Made by a program: the position numbers and the translations under genes
Shown: piece by piece, positions 8,866 to 15,999 of the stretch
Numbering within the stretch: position 1 is the first letter of the stretch
Layout of the letters: each line of letters starts with the position of its first letter
Notes under the pieces: generated by a model
Databases searched by the model: none
What the model saw: only the letters and a program-made list of their open reading frames with translations
Told to the model about the DNA's origin: nothing
Assembly: GCA_021399395.1 (NCBI GenBank)
Contig: JAAFKJ010000078.1
Span: 1-23,848 of the forward strand
Reading direction: 5' to 3'
From: Candidatus Heimdallarchaeota archaeon
GTDB lineage: Archaea > Asgardarchaeota > Heimdallarchaeia > Heimdallarchaeales > Heimdallarchaeaceae
DNA: 23,848 bases

Positions 8866-9453
8866 ATGAATCAATTACAAAAAATAATATGCGTTGGATC
8901 AGCATTTGTGGGTAAAACATCTTTATCTAGAAGGTTTACTTTGAACACATTCATACACAGTTATATTCCAACATTAGGTGTGAGTTGGTTAACAAAAACA
9001 ATTACCTTGACTCCAGAACAATTGAATGAGAATTTATCAAAGAAGGTTTATACAGATCCATTAACAGTGAGAACCTCAATTTGGGATACGGGCGGACAAG
9101 AAATGTTCACTTATCTTCGTCCAAAATACTACGTTGGCGCTTCTTGTGCCATTTTAGTCTTTGACATCACCAATCAAAGTTCTTTCGATGATATTGAAAT
9201 GTGGGTCAATGAAGTTACTAGTAAATGTCCTGATGTTCCTATCATCATTGTTGGTAATAAATTTGATTTGAATGAAGCTCGTTCTATCTCTCGAGATGAC
9301 ATTCTTAATTATACTAAGCTTCACAAATTTGACTATGTTGAAACTTCTGCTCTTTCTTCTTACAACGTCGACAAACTCTTCTATCATGCTTCTCGCTTGA
9401 GCATTCAATATGGTGATGAAACAGTCAAATTTAGACAAAACTATGTTATTTAG
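8866..9453 (+). CDS. Rab-like small GTPase (Ras superfamily)
   Basis: G1 GSAFVGKTS, G2 PTLG, G3 WDTGGQE, G4 NKFD, G5 ETSAL; RabF-like YYVGA and LVFDIT; no C-terminal Cys prenylation motif. GGAGG RBS at 8853-8857 supports ATG 8866 rather than 8800. Confidence 0.95.
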   Translation: MNQLQKIICVGSAFVGKTSLSRRFTLNTFIHSYIPTLGVSWLTKTITLTPEQLNENLSKKVYTDPLTVRTSIWDTGGQEMFTYLRPKYYVGASCAILVFDITNQSSFDDIEMWVNEVTSKCPDVPIIIVGNKFDLNEARSISRDDILNYTKLHKFDYVETSALSSYNVDKLFYHASRLSIQYGDETVKFRQNYVI

Positions 9454-9480
9454 TTATTTTCACTTCTCCCCTCTTTTCTT
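9454..9480 (+). terminator. Pyrimidine-rich terminator after the Rab-like gene
   Basis: TTATTTTCACTTCTCCCCTCTTTTCTT follows the stop codon. Confidence 0.45.
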
Positions 9481-9534
9481 GCCTCATAATCCTTAAAGAT
9501 ATGAAATTACTTATTTATACAATAATGTGATGAG

Positions 9535-9825
9535 ATGTCCAAGCAGAATAGTGAAGCGGGTTCTTACAAATGTGATTCCTGCAATATATACTATGAGGTA
9601 AAAAGAGAGAATTGTATAAGATGTGGAAACAAATACGATTTGAATGAAGCAAGATCTGTTTCCAAAGAAGCTGCCTTAGAATATACTAGACTTCGCAGGT
9701 TTGATTATGTTGAAACTTCCGCGTTATCTGCCTATAATGTGGATAAACTATTCTATCATGCAAGCAGGCTCTCACATCAATTTAGTGACGAAACGCTGAA
9801 ATTCAGAGAAGAATACTCTCTATGA
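9535..9825 (+). CDS. Chimeric protein: N-terminal zinc ribbon fused to the G4-G5 C-terminal part of a Rab-like GTPase (could be a pseudogene)
   Basis: CDSC-x10-CIRC then GNKYDL...ETSAL...; lacks G1-G3. Intact frame, TATA-like CTTAAA at 9492-9497 and GTGATGAG just upstream of the ATG. Confidence 0.75.
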   Translation: MSKQNSEAGSYKCDSCNIYYEVKRENCIRCGNKYDLNEARSVSKEAALEYTRLRRFDYVETSALSAYNVDKLFYHASRLSHQFSDETLKFREEYSL

Positions 9826-9868
9826 CATTTCTTATGTGATTTGAGACAAAAAACGTTAACTGTCATTA

Positions 9869-9885
9869 AAAAAATCTTTTATAAA
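9869..9885 (+). promoter_or_regulatory. BRE/TATA promoter of the CBS-HPF gene (leaderless)
   Basis: AAAAAATC followed by TTTATAAA (9878-9885), 22 nt before ATG 9908; no RBS visible. Confidence 0.6.
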
Positions 9886-9907
9886 CTTAAACTATAGATT
9901 TGGTACC

Positions 9908-11068
9908 ATGAGCGACGATACTTTATCTATTATTACAGATTATGTTTCAATTGATAGTAACGAACCTTTAACTAAAGCTCTTCACATTCTTAAAGAACAA
10001 GAACGAGAAGTGCTTGTTTTTGAACAAGGAGACGTGTTTCTTGGATATTTAACGAAAAGATACATTACTTTGCAATCAAAAATACAATCAGATGCAAAAG
10101 CATCTAGTTTAATTAAGAGAGTTCCAACAGTTCACAAAGATACTTCAAATGATGCAATTGCAAGAGCAATTCTGTCTGAAAAAATCTTTTCAGTACCTGT
10201 AGAAGAAAATGGTAAGGTTATTGGTGTTATCAGAGATATTGATCTCTTGAGATCATCTGAAGAAATATTTGGAAGCAAGAAAGTAAAGGAAGCGATGACT
10301 CATAATCCAATAACAGTCACTGAAGATACATCAGTAGCTCGTTTTATTGCCGTATCAAGGACAAACAACATTTCAAGAACTCCTGTTGTAGATTCGTCTA
10401 ACAAACTTGTTGGGATTGTAAGTCCTCATGATACTTCTACTTTAATACTCTCAGAATCTCCTGGACAAACTACTGGAGATCGCAAATCAACTCAACAGGA
10501 TATTCTCTCCGTTGGTGTTAAAGAAATCATGACTTCTAATGTAGTAACATGTAAAGAAAATGATTTTCTAATTGAGGCAATTAACCTGCTGTATAATGCT
10601 AACCATAAAGCGTTGATAGTCATAGATAAAGACAACCATCCTATTGGAATTTTGACAACAAGTGATTTACTTGAATCTGTATCTATCCCTCCACAGACAG
10701 AAGGTTATTACTTCAGAGTTTTGGGTGACGTTGATGACACTGACATGGAACAAGTAATCGAAATGGGTGTTGAGTTAGTGAAGAAATTTGCTGATATTAT
10801 AGGAAACTCAGGACAGATGTTTATTCATGCTAAGGTCTTCCCCAAAAGGAAATTTAGAGGATTTGTTTTATATCAAACCCGAGTAAGAATTTCAACTGAT
10901 AAAGGAAAAACATATGTTGCACGATCAGATGGTTACGGAATCTTTAGTGCTTATGCTGTTGCATTAGACCGTATAGAGCGAGAGATTGTTTCCGAAAGAG
11001 AATTAGAACTCGATAGAAGGCATTCAGGAAGTGTAAGATACATCTTAGAAGAAATAGATGAACTCTAA
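9908..11068 (+). CDS. Tandem CBS-domain protein with C-terminal HPF/RaiA-like domain (candidate ribosome hibernation factor)
   Basis: Four CBS repeats (FLGYLT; SVPVEENGKVIGVIRDIDLL; VKEAMTHNPITV...TPVVDSSNKLVGIVSPHD; VKEIMTSNVVT...PIGILTTSDLL). These are followed by a beta-alpha-beta-beta-beta-alpha region ending YVARSDGYGIFSAYAVALDRIEREI, like the HPF/RaiA C-terminal helix. Confidence 0.8.
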   Translation: MSDDTLSIITDYVSIDSNEPLTKALHILKEQEREVLVFEQGDVFLGYLTKRYITLQSKIQSDAKASSLIKRVPTVHKDTSNDAIARAILSEKIFSVPVEENGKVIGVIRDIDLLRSSEEIFGSKKVKEAMTHNPITVTEDTSVARFIAVSRTNNISRTPVVDSSNKLVGIVSPHDTSTLILSESPGQTTGDRKSTQQDILSVGVKEIMTSNVVTCKENDFLIEAINLLYNANHKALIVIDKDNHPIGILTTSDLLESVSIPPQTEGYYFRVLGDVDDTDMEQVIEMGVELVKKFADIIGNSGQMFIHAKVFPKRKFRGFVLYQTRVRISTDKGKTYVARSDGYGIFSAYAVALDRIEREIVSERELELDRRHSGSVRYILEEIDEL

Positions 11069-11089
11069 TTCCTTCTTTTTTCATTTTTT
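11069..11089 (+). terminator. T-tract terminator
   Basis: TTCCTTCTTTTTTCATTTTTA after the stop codon. Confidence 0.55.
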
Positions 11090-11135
11090 ATCCAAGATTT
11101 AAAGTCCCTATCGTTAATCTTTTTAATTTAGACAG

Positions 11136-12203
11136 ATGGTAAAAATTGAAATGAGTGACACAGAAGTAAAAAAGCGAAGATCTAATTTTGCTTTATTGAA
11201 TCGAACAGTTATCAAACCAGGTTATTGTACAAGCTGTGGTGGATGCGAAGCTGTCTGTCCAGTGTATGTGATTTCAATTGAGCAATTAGTTCCTAAGCTC
11301 AAAGGAGGGTGTATCTCTTGTGGTGCTTGTGTAGATGTTTGTTTAAGATATAAACAAAGAGTAGAACAACCTGCAATTGAGGAAGAAAGTTTAGGTACAA
11401 TAATTGAACTCTACAGAGGTAAATCAAAACTAGCAGATGTTAAGGAAAATTCACAGAATGGTGGAATTGTTACTACTTTACTCCTTACTGCAATGAAAAA
11501 ACAGAAAATCGATGGGGCATTGGTTACATCTCATGTTACTGATCTTCTAGGTCCTACTCCAATGCTTGCACTAAATGAACTAGACATAAGAAAAGCTTCT
11601 AGATCAAAATATACTCTTAATCCTGTTCTTACAAAGTTAACTTCAATAAAATTAAGTCTAAAAGAGAAGGTAGCATGTGTTGGACTTCCATGTCATACTG
11701 AAACCCTATCCAACGCAATCGAAATGAAGAACTTGGGTGCTGATTTCAGAGTAAAGTACAAAATAGGTCTATTCTGTATGAGTAGTTATAACCCTTCAGC
11801 ATTCCGCAGTATAATTACCCAAAACTTGGGTTTAAGTGCGGAATCATTAAATAAAACTGATTGTGCTAGAGGTAAATTCTTCTTTGTTGGACCCGATGGA
11901 ACAACTGACATCAAAATTAAAGAATGTGCAGAAGCTAAAGCTGAAGGATGCAAATATTGTTCAGATTTCTCTGCTGAATTTGCTGATATAGCTGTCGGTA
12001 ACATTGGTGTAGCCGATGATAGTAATATCATCCTCATTAGAACAGAAGCAGGAAAAGAATTGTTTGATTTTGCATTAAACGAAAATGTTCTCGATGTCGA
12101 AAAAGTACCAAAGGAGAAATGGGAAGAAGCTTTGGCTGCAGCAAAGAAACTCTCTACAACAAAGAAAAAGCATGTAAAACCCTTACCTCCTATTGAATCT
12201 TAG
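11136..12203 (+). CDS. FrhB/FdhB-family F420-binding flavoprotein with N-terminal 2x[4Fe-4S] ferredoxin (FpoF-like)
   Basis: CTSCGGCEAVCP and CISCGACVDVC, then the FrhB motifs SQNGGIVTTLL, SKY, VGLPCH, IGLFCM and GCKYCSDFSAEFADIAVG. Start may be ATG 11151. Confidence 0.9.
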   Translation: MVKIEMSDTEVKKRRSNFALLNRTVIKPGYCTSCGGCEAVCPVYVISIEQLVPKLKGGCISCGACVDVCLRYKQRVEQPAIEEESLGTIIELYRGKSKLADVKENSQNGGIVTTLLLTAMKKQKIDGALVTSHVTDLLGPTPMLALNELDIRKASRSKYTLNPVLTKLTSIKLSLKEKVACVGLPCHTETLSNAIEMKNLGADFRVKYKIGLFCMSSYNPSAFRSIITQNLGLSAESLNKTDCARGKFFFVGPDGTTDIKIKECAEAKAEGCKYCSDFSAEFADIAVGNIGVADDSNIILIRTEAGKELFDFALNENVLDVEKVPKEKWEEALAAAKKLSTTKKKHVKPLPPIES

Positions 12204-12225
12204 AATAGGTAATTCAGATAAAAAG

Positions 12226-12984
12226 GTGAGAGAAATATCCAGAGTAGAACTCATCCCTTTGAAATTACCTATAATTCAACAAGGGGATGATATCTCCAAA
12301 TTAATACTTGATTCGTTGAATGATGAGAATCTCACATTAGAAAATGGGGATGTTGTCGTTATAGCTCATACGATTATTTCTAGAGCTGAAGGAAATGAAT
12401 TTTTTATACCCTCTCTTCACTCCTCTCCTTTTGCAGAACTTATTGCAAGAAAAACTGGAAAAGATCCAGCATTAGTCCATCTCATAGTTGAAGAGGCAGA
12501 GAAAATACTAAAAGTACAAAATAACTTAATCATAACTAAAACAAAACATGGATGGATATGTGCAAATTCTGCAATAGATCAATCAAATTCTCAACCAAAT
12601 TGTGCAGTATCTTTACCAGATGATTCAAATGCTTCTGCAGAGAAAATTGGTAAAAATCTAGCAAATGAAATGGGTAAGGAAATAGCAATTATTGTTTCAG
12701 ATACTCATGGGAGGGCATTGAGGAGAGGGGCTATTAACATCGCAATAGGAGCTTTTAACTTCCCAGTTATTGATGATATTAGAGGTAGAAGAGATATTTT
12801 TGGTTATGAACTTAAATCTACAATTGTCGCTTTAGCAGATGAAGTATCTTCCGCTGCAGAATTAGTAATGGGTCAAGCCGGTGAGATGATTCCTGTTGTT
12901 ATAGTTAGAGGATTAGAGTTTAAATCGCCCATTGCTTCAATATCAGAATTACAGTTTGATGATGATAGAAGATTGTTCAAATAG
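12226..12984 (+). CDS. cofE: Coenzyme F420-0:L-glutamate ligase
   Basis: LPIIQQGDDI, GDVVVIAHTIISRAEG, GWICANSAIDQSN, IIVSDTHGRALRRG, DIFGYELKSTIVALADEVSSAAELVMGQ, PVVIVRG. Start uncertain (GTG 12226 vs TTG 12193). Confidence 0.95.
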   Translation: MREISRVELIPLKLPIIQQGDDISKLILDSLNDENLTLENGDVVVIAHTIISRAEGNEFFIPSLHSSPFAELIARKTGKDPALVHLIVEEAEKILKVQNNLIITKTKHGWICANSAIDQSNSQPNCAVSLPDDSNASAEKIGKNLANEMGKEIAIIVSDTHGRALRRGAINIAIGAFNFPVIDDIRGRRDIFGYELKSTIVALADEVSSAAELVMGQAGEMIPVVIVRGLEFKSPIASISELQFDDDRRLFK

Positions 12985-13068
12985 ATGAATTCTTGTGTCA
13001 ACAACACTACTTTAAAAACACTAAAAATTTTAAACTAGCATACATATCTTTACAATAGGTGTCCTGTC

Positions 13069-13788
13069 TTGTTTAAAGGAATGCGAAAATCTGTCACAGA
13101 AAGAGCTAATGAAGAAATAGGTAACGCAAAACAAGCTGCGCAGAGGAAGGACTATCAAACAGCTGTAGAATTCACTGAAAAAGCTCTTAATCTTCTTGAA
13201 GAAGAAAATAATCGCAAACAGCTAGATATGGTTAAAGCATTACTCAATGAATACCAGGGAATGAATGCTATTAAGTTCAATAAAGCTTTAGAAGCTGCTA
13301 ATTATTTGGGGAGGTCTGGAGGTTTTTACCATCGACTTGGAATGATGGCTGAGCACCAAAGAGTCTTTGAACAACAGGCAAAAATCTTGAGAGTAGTAGC
13401 GGGACAGTACATGAAGGATAAGAAGTTCGTTGAAGCTGCTTCATATTTTGAGAGAGCTGCTATTGCCTATCAGAAGTTCGAGAAAAAAGCAGACGAACTA
13501 GATTGTAAAGCAAAGTCCTATATATCACGAGCAGCTGCTGAAAAGAATATTTCTGGACGAAAACTCTATCTCAAGAAGGCTGTAGAACTTATGGAGGAAA
13601 AAGGATCCGATGAGCCTGTAATCAGGGCCCATTTAGCTTATTACAATGCTCTTTTTGTTGAAGATGAAAGACCAGATCTTGCTCTAAAACATTATACTGA
13701 GGCTTTACAGAACTACCAACTTGCTGGAACTCAAAGTAGAATTGAGGAGATCAAAGCAAAAATACAGAAGCTTACAGAACTTGTGTAA
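13069..13788 (+). CDS. All-helical TPR-like / SNAP-like repeat protein
   Basis: Repeated helical hairpins (KDYQTAVEFTEKALNLL, KALEAANYLGRSGGFY, KKFVEAASYFERAAIAY, PDLALKHYTEALQNY). AGGTG RBS before TTG 13069 and a TTTTAAA TATA upstream. Confidence 0.75.
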   Translation: MFKGMRKSVTERANEEIGNAKQAAQRKDYQTAVEFTEKALNLLEEENNRKQLDMVKALLNEYQGMNAIKFNKALEAANYLGRSGGFYHRLGMMAEHQRVFEQQAKILRVVAGQYMKDKKFVEAASYFERAAIAYQKFEKKADELDCKAKSYISRAAAEKNISGRKLYLKKAVELMEEKGSDEPVIRAHLAYYNALFVEDERPDLALKHYTEALQNYQLAGTQSRIEEIKAKIQKLTELV

Positions 13789-13876
13789 AAACACAACAGA
13801 CACCAACAACAGATTTAAAAGAACTTTTCTCCTAAAGAATTAATAGGAAATAATAGTGTATTAGGAGGCTAACTAT

Positions 13877-14143
13877 TTGGTAAGTATATTACAAGCTTTG
13901 AAAGTATCTATATTATTCTTATTCTTAGGCATAATACCTTTAGCAGCAGCTATTTTCTGTACAATAGCCTTTGCAATTTGGTTTACTGGCGATCTACCTA
14001 TTTGGACAACGGGTGGTGGCCAAGTATTTATTGCTGCAAGTCCATTTATCTGGCTTGGAGGTATGGTTGGAGGATTTGTCATATTCTTCGTTGGTCTATT
14101 TAAAGCAATAGGAGATATTACTGAAGCTGCATTAATTGAGTAG
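13877..14143 (+). CDS. Small two-TM membrane protein
   Basis: Two hydrophobic segments; strong AGGAGG RBS at 13863-13868 before TTG; TTTAAAA at 13814-13820. Confidence 0.75.
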   Translation: MVSILQALKVSILFLFLGIIPLAAAIFCTIAFAIWFTGDLPIWTTGGGQVFIAASPFIWLGGMVGGFVIFFVGLFKAIGDITEAALIE

Positions 14144-14148
14144 TAAGA

Positions 14149-14180
14149 GAGACCTTATGTCTCACATCCATTCTTTTTTC
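14149..14180 (+). terminator. Short hairpin plus T-tract terminator
   Basis: GAGAC-cttat-GTCTC stem followed by TTCTTTTTTC. Confidence 0.4.
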
Positions 14181-14302
14181 ATACTAGTTATTTGAAAAAC
14201 TATGTTTTGCACTTTTACACCCAAAATGATTTTAAGTGCATATTATATCCTTCAGAAAGAGAGAATCAGATTAAGCTCCCCACTGATTTTTGGAGAAATA
14301 AA

Positions 14303-15988
14303 ATGACACAGTCTATTGGTAAGTCTCAAACAGAAGAGTCAATAAGCTCCATTCTAGTGCCAGATAGACATTTGTATAATCGGATTCTCAATATCTCTAC
14401 TTTGGCTAAAATTGTTTTTTTAGGATTACTTTACGGATTTTTTTACTTTATAACATACCTTCTGAAGGTTTATTTCATATATTCTATTTATTTTCCAATA
14501 GTATCAATTTTTGTGATATTTACAGGATTCGGAGTTTGGACTACAAGTTTCTTTGTTATGTTTTCTATAACTGGATCGAAAGTTGAAAAATCTTTAGTGA
14601 AAAAAATATTCCCCCTTCTGATTATCTTGGGGGTATTGACAGCTTATTTAGCCATAGTGATGGAAAACAAGTTCTTATCACTTGTAACGATTTTGGTTGA
14701 AACTCCACTTTTCTTTGGAGTATCTGTAAATTTGACTTTTGCTCAGCTTATAAATACAATTTTCTATGTTTATGTGATTCCAGTTCTTGAAGAAATTGCA
14801 AAGATATTTCCAGTGTTAATCCTAATGGGAAACTTTGCTAAAATATCTGTAAAAGATCGTAAGATAATAACTCCCTTAACTCCTTCACATAGAATTATTG
14901 TTCTTTTTGGGGCTTTCTTTGGTGCTTGGTTTGATTTATTCGAACAACTTCTATCTTTTTCAGTTACATCAGATGTAGTTTCGTTGATTTCGAACAGAAC
15001 TGTATACCCTCTTCACAGTATAACTACAATGATAACTGCATTTGGTGTTGGATGGATATTTGTAAGTCGTAAGAACATGAATAAAATCTTGAAAATCTTA
15101 ATATTTCTGGTTTCTATAGCACTTTCAAGTGTTTTCCATAGTCTTTGGAATAACAATTATTGGATTGTAGATGATCCTGTTGTTCGGATGAATAATTTGA
15201 CAACTCTTGGGTATATCTCTTATGGACTATTTGTTTTCTTCCTTCTCTGGATATTATTCAAAATACCGAAATTATGCTCAAAATGTTATAGTGAACATTT
15301 GACAAAAGACTGTGACCCCCCTAAAACCAGTTTTCGTAAACTAGGTTTCAAGCTTAAGAGAAGCAAGATTATAAAAGAAATCTATGATGAATCAATTGAA
15401 TTAATGCGCTGTCCTGAATGTCAAGTTGTTCTATATAACGGGGAATTTTGCATGAACTGCTGGTCTTTCCCAAAATTACAATGTGAAAATTGTAATCAGG
15501 TCATACCCGCATTCTCCAGAAATTGTTGGGCATGTGGAAATGAAGTTCCTTCTCTAACCGATAAAATGTCCTCCTCTTCTCCTCCTATGTTTGTAAATAT
15601 AGCTGTAGGTTTAACCAGAATCCTTGGATTAGGGTTAATTGTTATCTTCTTTTTTGTCTTCCTTGAAGCTTCGAATACTTTAGATTTTCTTGGGAACACA
15701 ATATTTATTCTAGGAGTTCTGATCTCAATGGGTATAGCTATTTTTTGGCATAAATCAAGTAAAAATAGGGTGAAATCATTGCTTGTTTCTATCAATATAA
15801 CAGCGATTCTTGCTTTAATTGTAATCGTGATGGTCATTTATCTAGGGTTAATTGCTTCTTTCTTTATCTCATCCATAACTCAGCTTGTTCTAAGCATATT
15901 GGCTCTAATTGTACTTATTTTATTAGCTATTGGGTGTATAGTATTTCTTGTTAGAGCCATTGGAGGTACAAATTTAATAATTATATAG
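14303..15988 (+). CDS. PrsW-family intramembrane glutamic protease fused to zinc ribbons and extra TM helices
   Basis: PrsW/CPBP motifs in order: PVLEEIAK (EExxK), GAWFDLFEQ (FxxxE), YPLHS (H), VFHSLWN (HxxxN). Then CSKC..H..C and CPEC/CMNC/CENC/CWAC (double zinc ribbon), then about 4 more TM helices. ATG 14303 has a GGAGA RBS and a TTTTAAG TATA near 14230. Confidence 0.82.
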   Translation: MTQSIGKSQTEESISSILVPDRHLYNRILNISTLAKIVFLGLLYGFFYFITYLLKVYFIYSIYFPIVSIFVIFTGFGVWTTSFFVMFSITGSKVEKSLVKKIFPLLIILGVLTAYLAIVMENKFLSLVTILVETPLFFGVSVNLTFAQLINTIFYVYVIPVLEEIAKIFPVLILMGNFAKISVKDRKIITPLTPSHRIIVLFGAFFGAWFDLFEQLLSFSVTSDVVSLISNRTVYPLHSITTMITAFGVGWIFVSRKNMNKILKILIFLVSIALSSVFHSLWNNNYWIVDDPVVRMNNLTTLGYISYGLFVFFLLWILFKIPKLCSKCYSEHLTKDCDPPKTSFRKLGFKLKRSKIIKEIYDESIELMRCPECQVVLYNGEFCMNCWSFPKLQCENCNQVIPAFSRNCWACGNEVPSLTDKMSSSSPPMFVNIAVGLTRILGLGLIVIFFFVFLEASNTLDFLGNTIFILGVLISMGIAIFWHKSSKNRVKSLLVSINITAILALIVIVMVIYLGLIASFFISSITQLVLSILALIVLILLAIGCIVFLVRAIGGTNLIII

Positions 15989-15999
15989 GTGATATATGA

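Larger units (their letters stand above)
9253..9825 (+). repeat. Diverged direct repeat of the Rab 3' third (9253-9453 vs 9625-9825, offset 372 bp)
   Basis: Ungapped 66-codon alignment with 47/66 identical residues (hand count). Identical 14-nt blocks GATTTGAATGAAGC (9265/9637) and TATGTTGAAACTTC (9334/9706). Confidence 0.92.

Noticed and set aside
13790-13813. CAACAGA direct repeat (x2) after the TPR/SNAP-like gene
   Set aside because: Only two 7-nt copies in low-complexity CA-rich sequence; not CRISPR-like and compatible with chance.
14192-14302. 37-aa N-terminal extension of the PrsW protein
   Set aside because: This region contains the likely TATA box and RBS; ATG 14303 is the better start.
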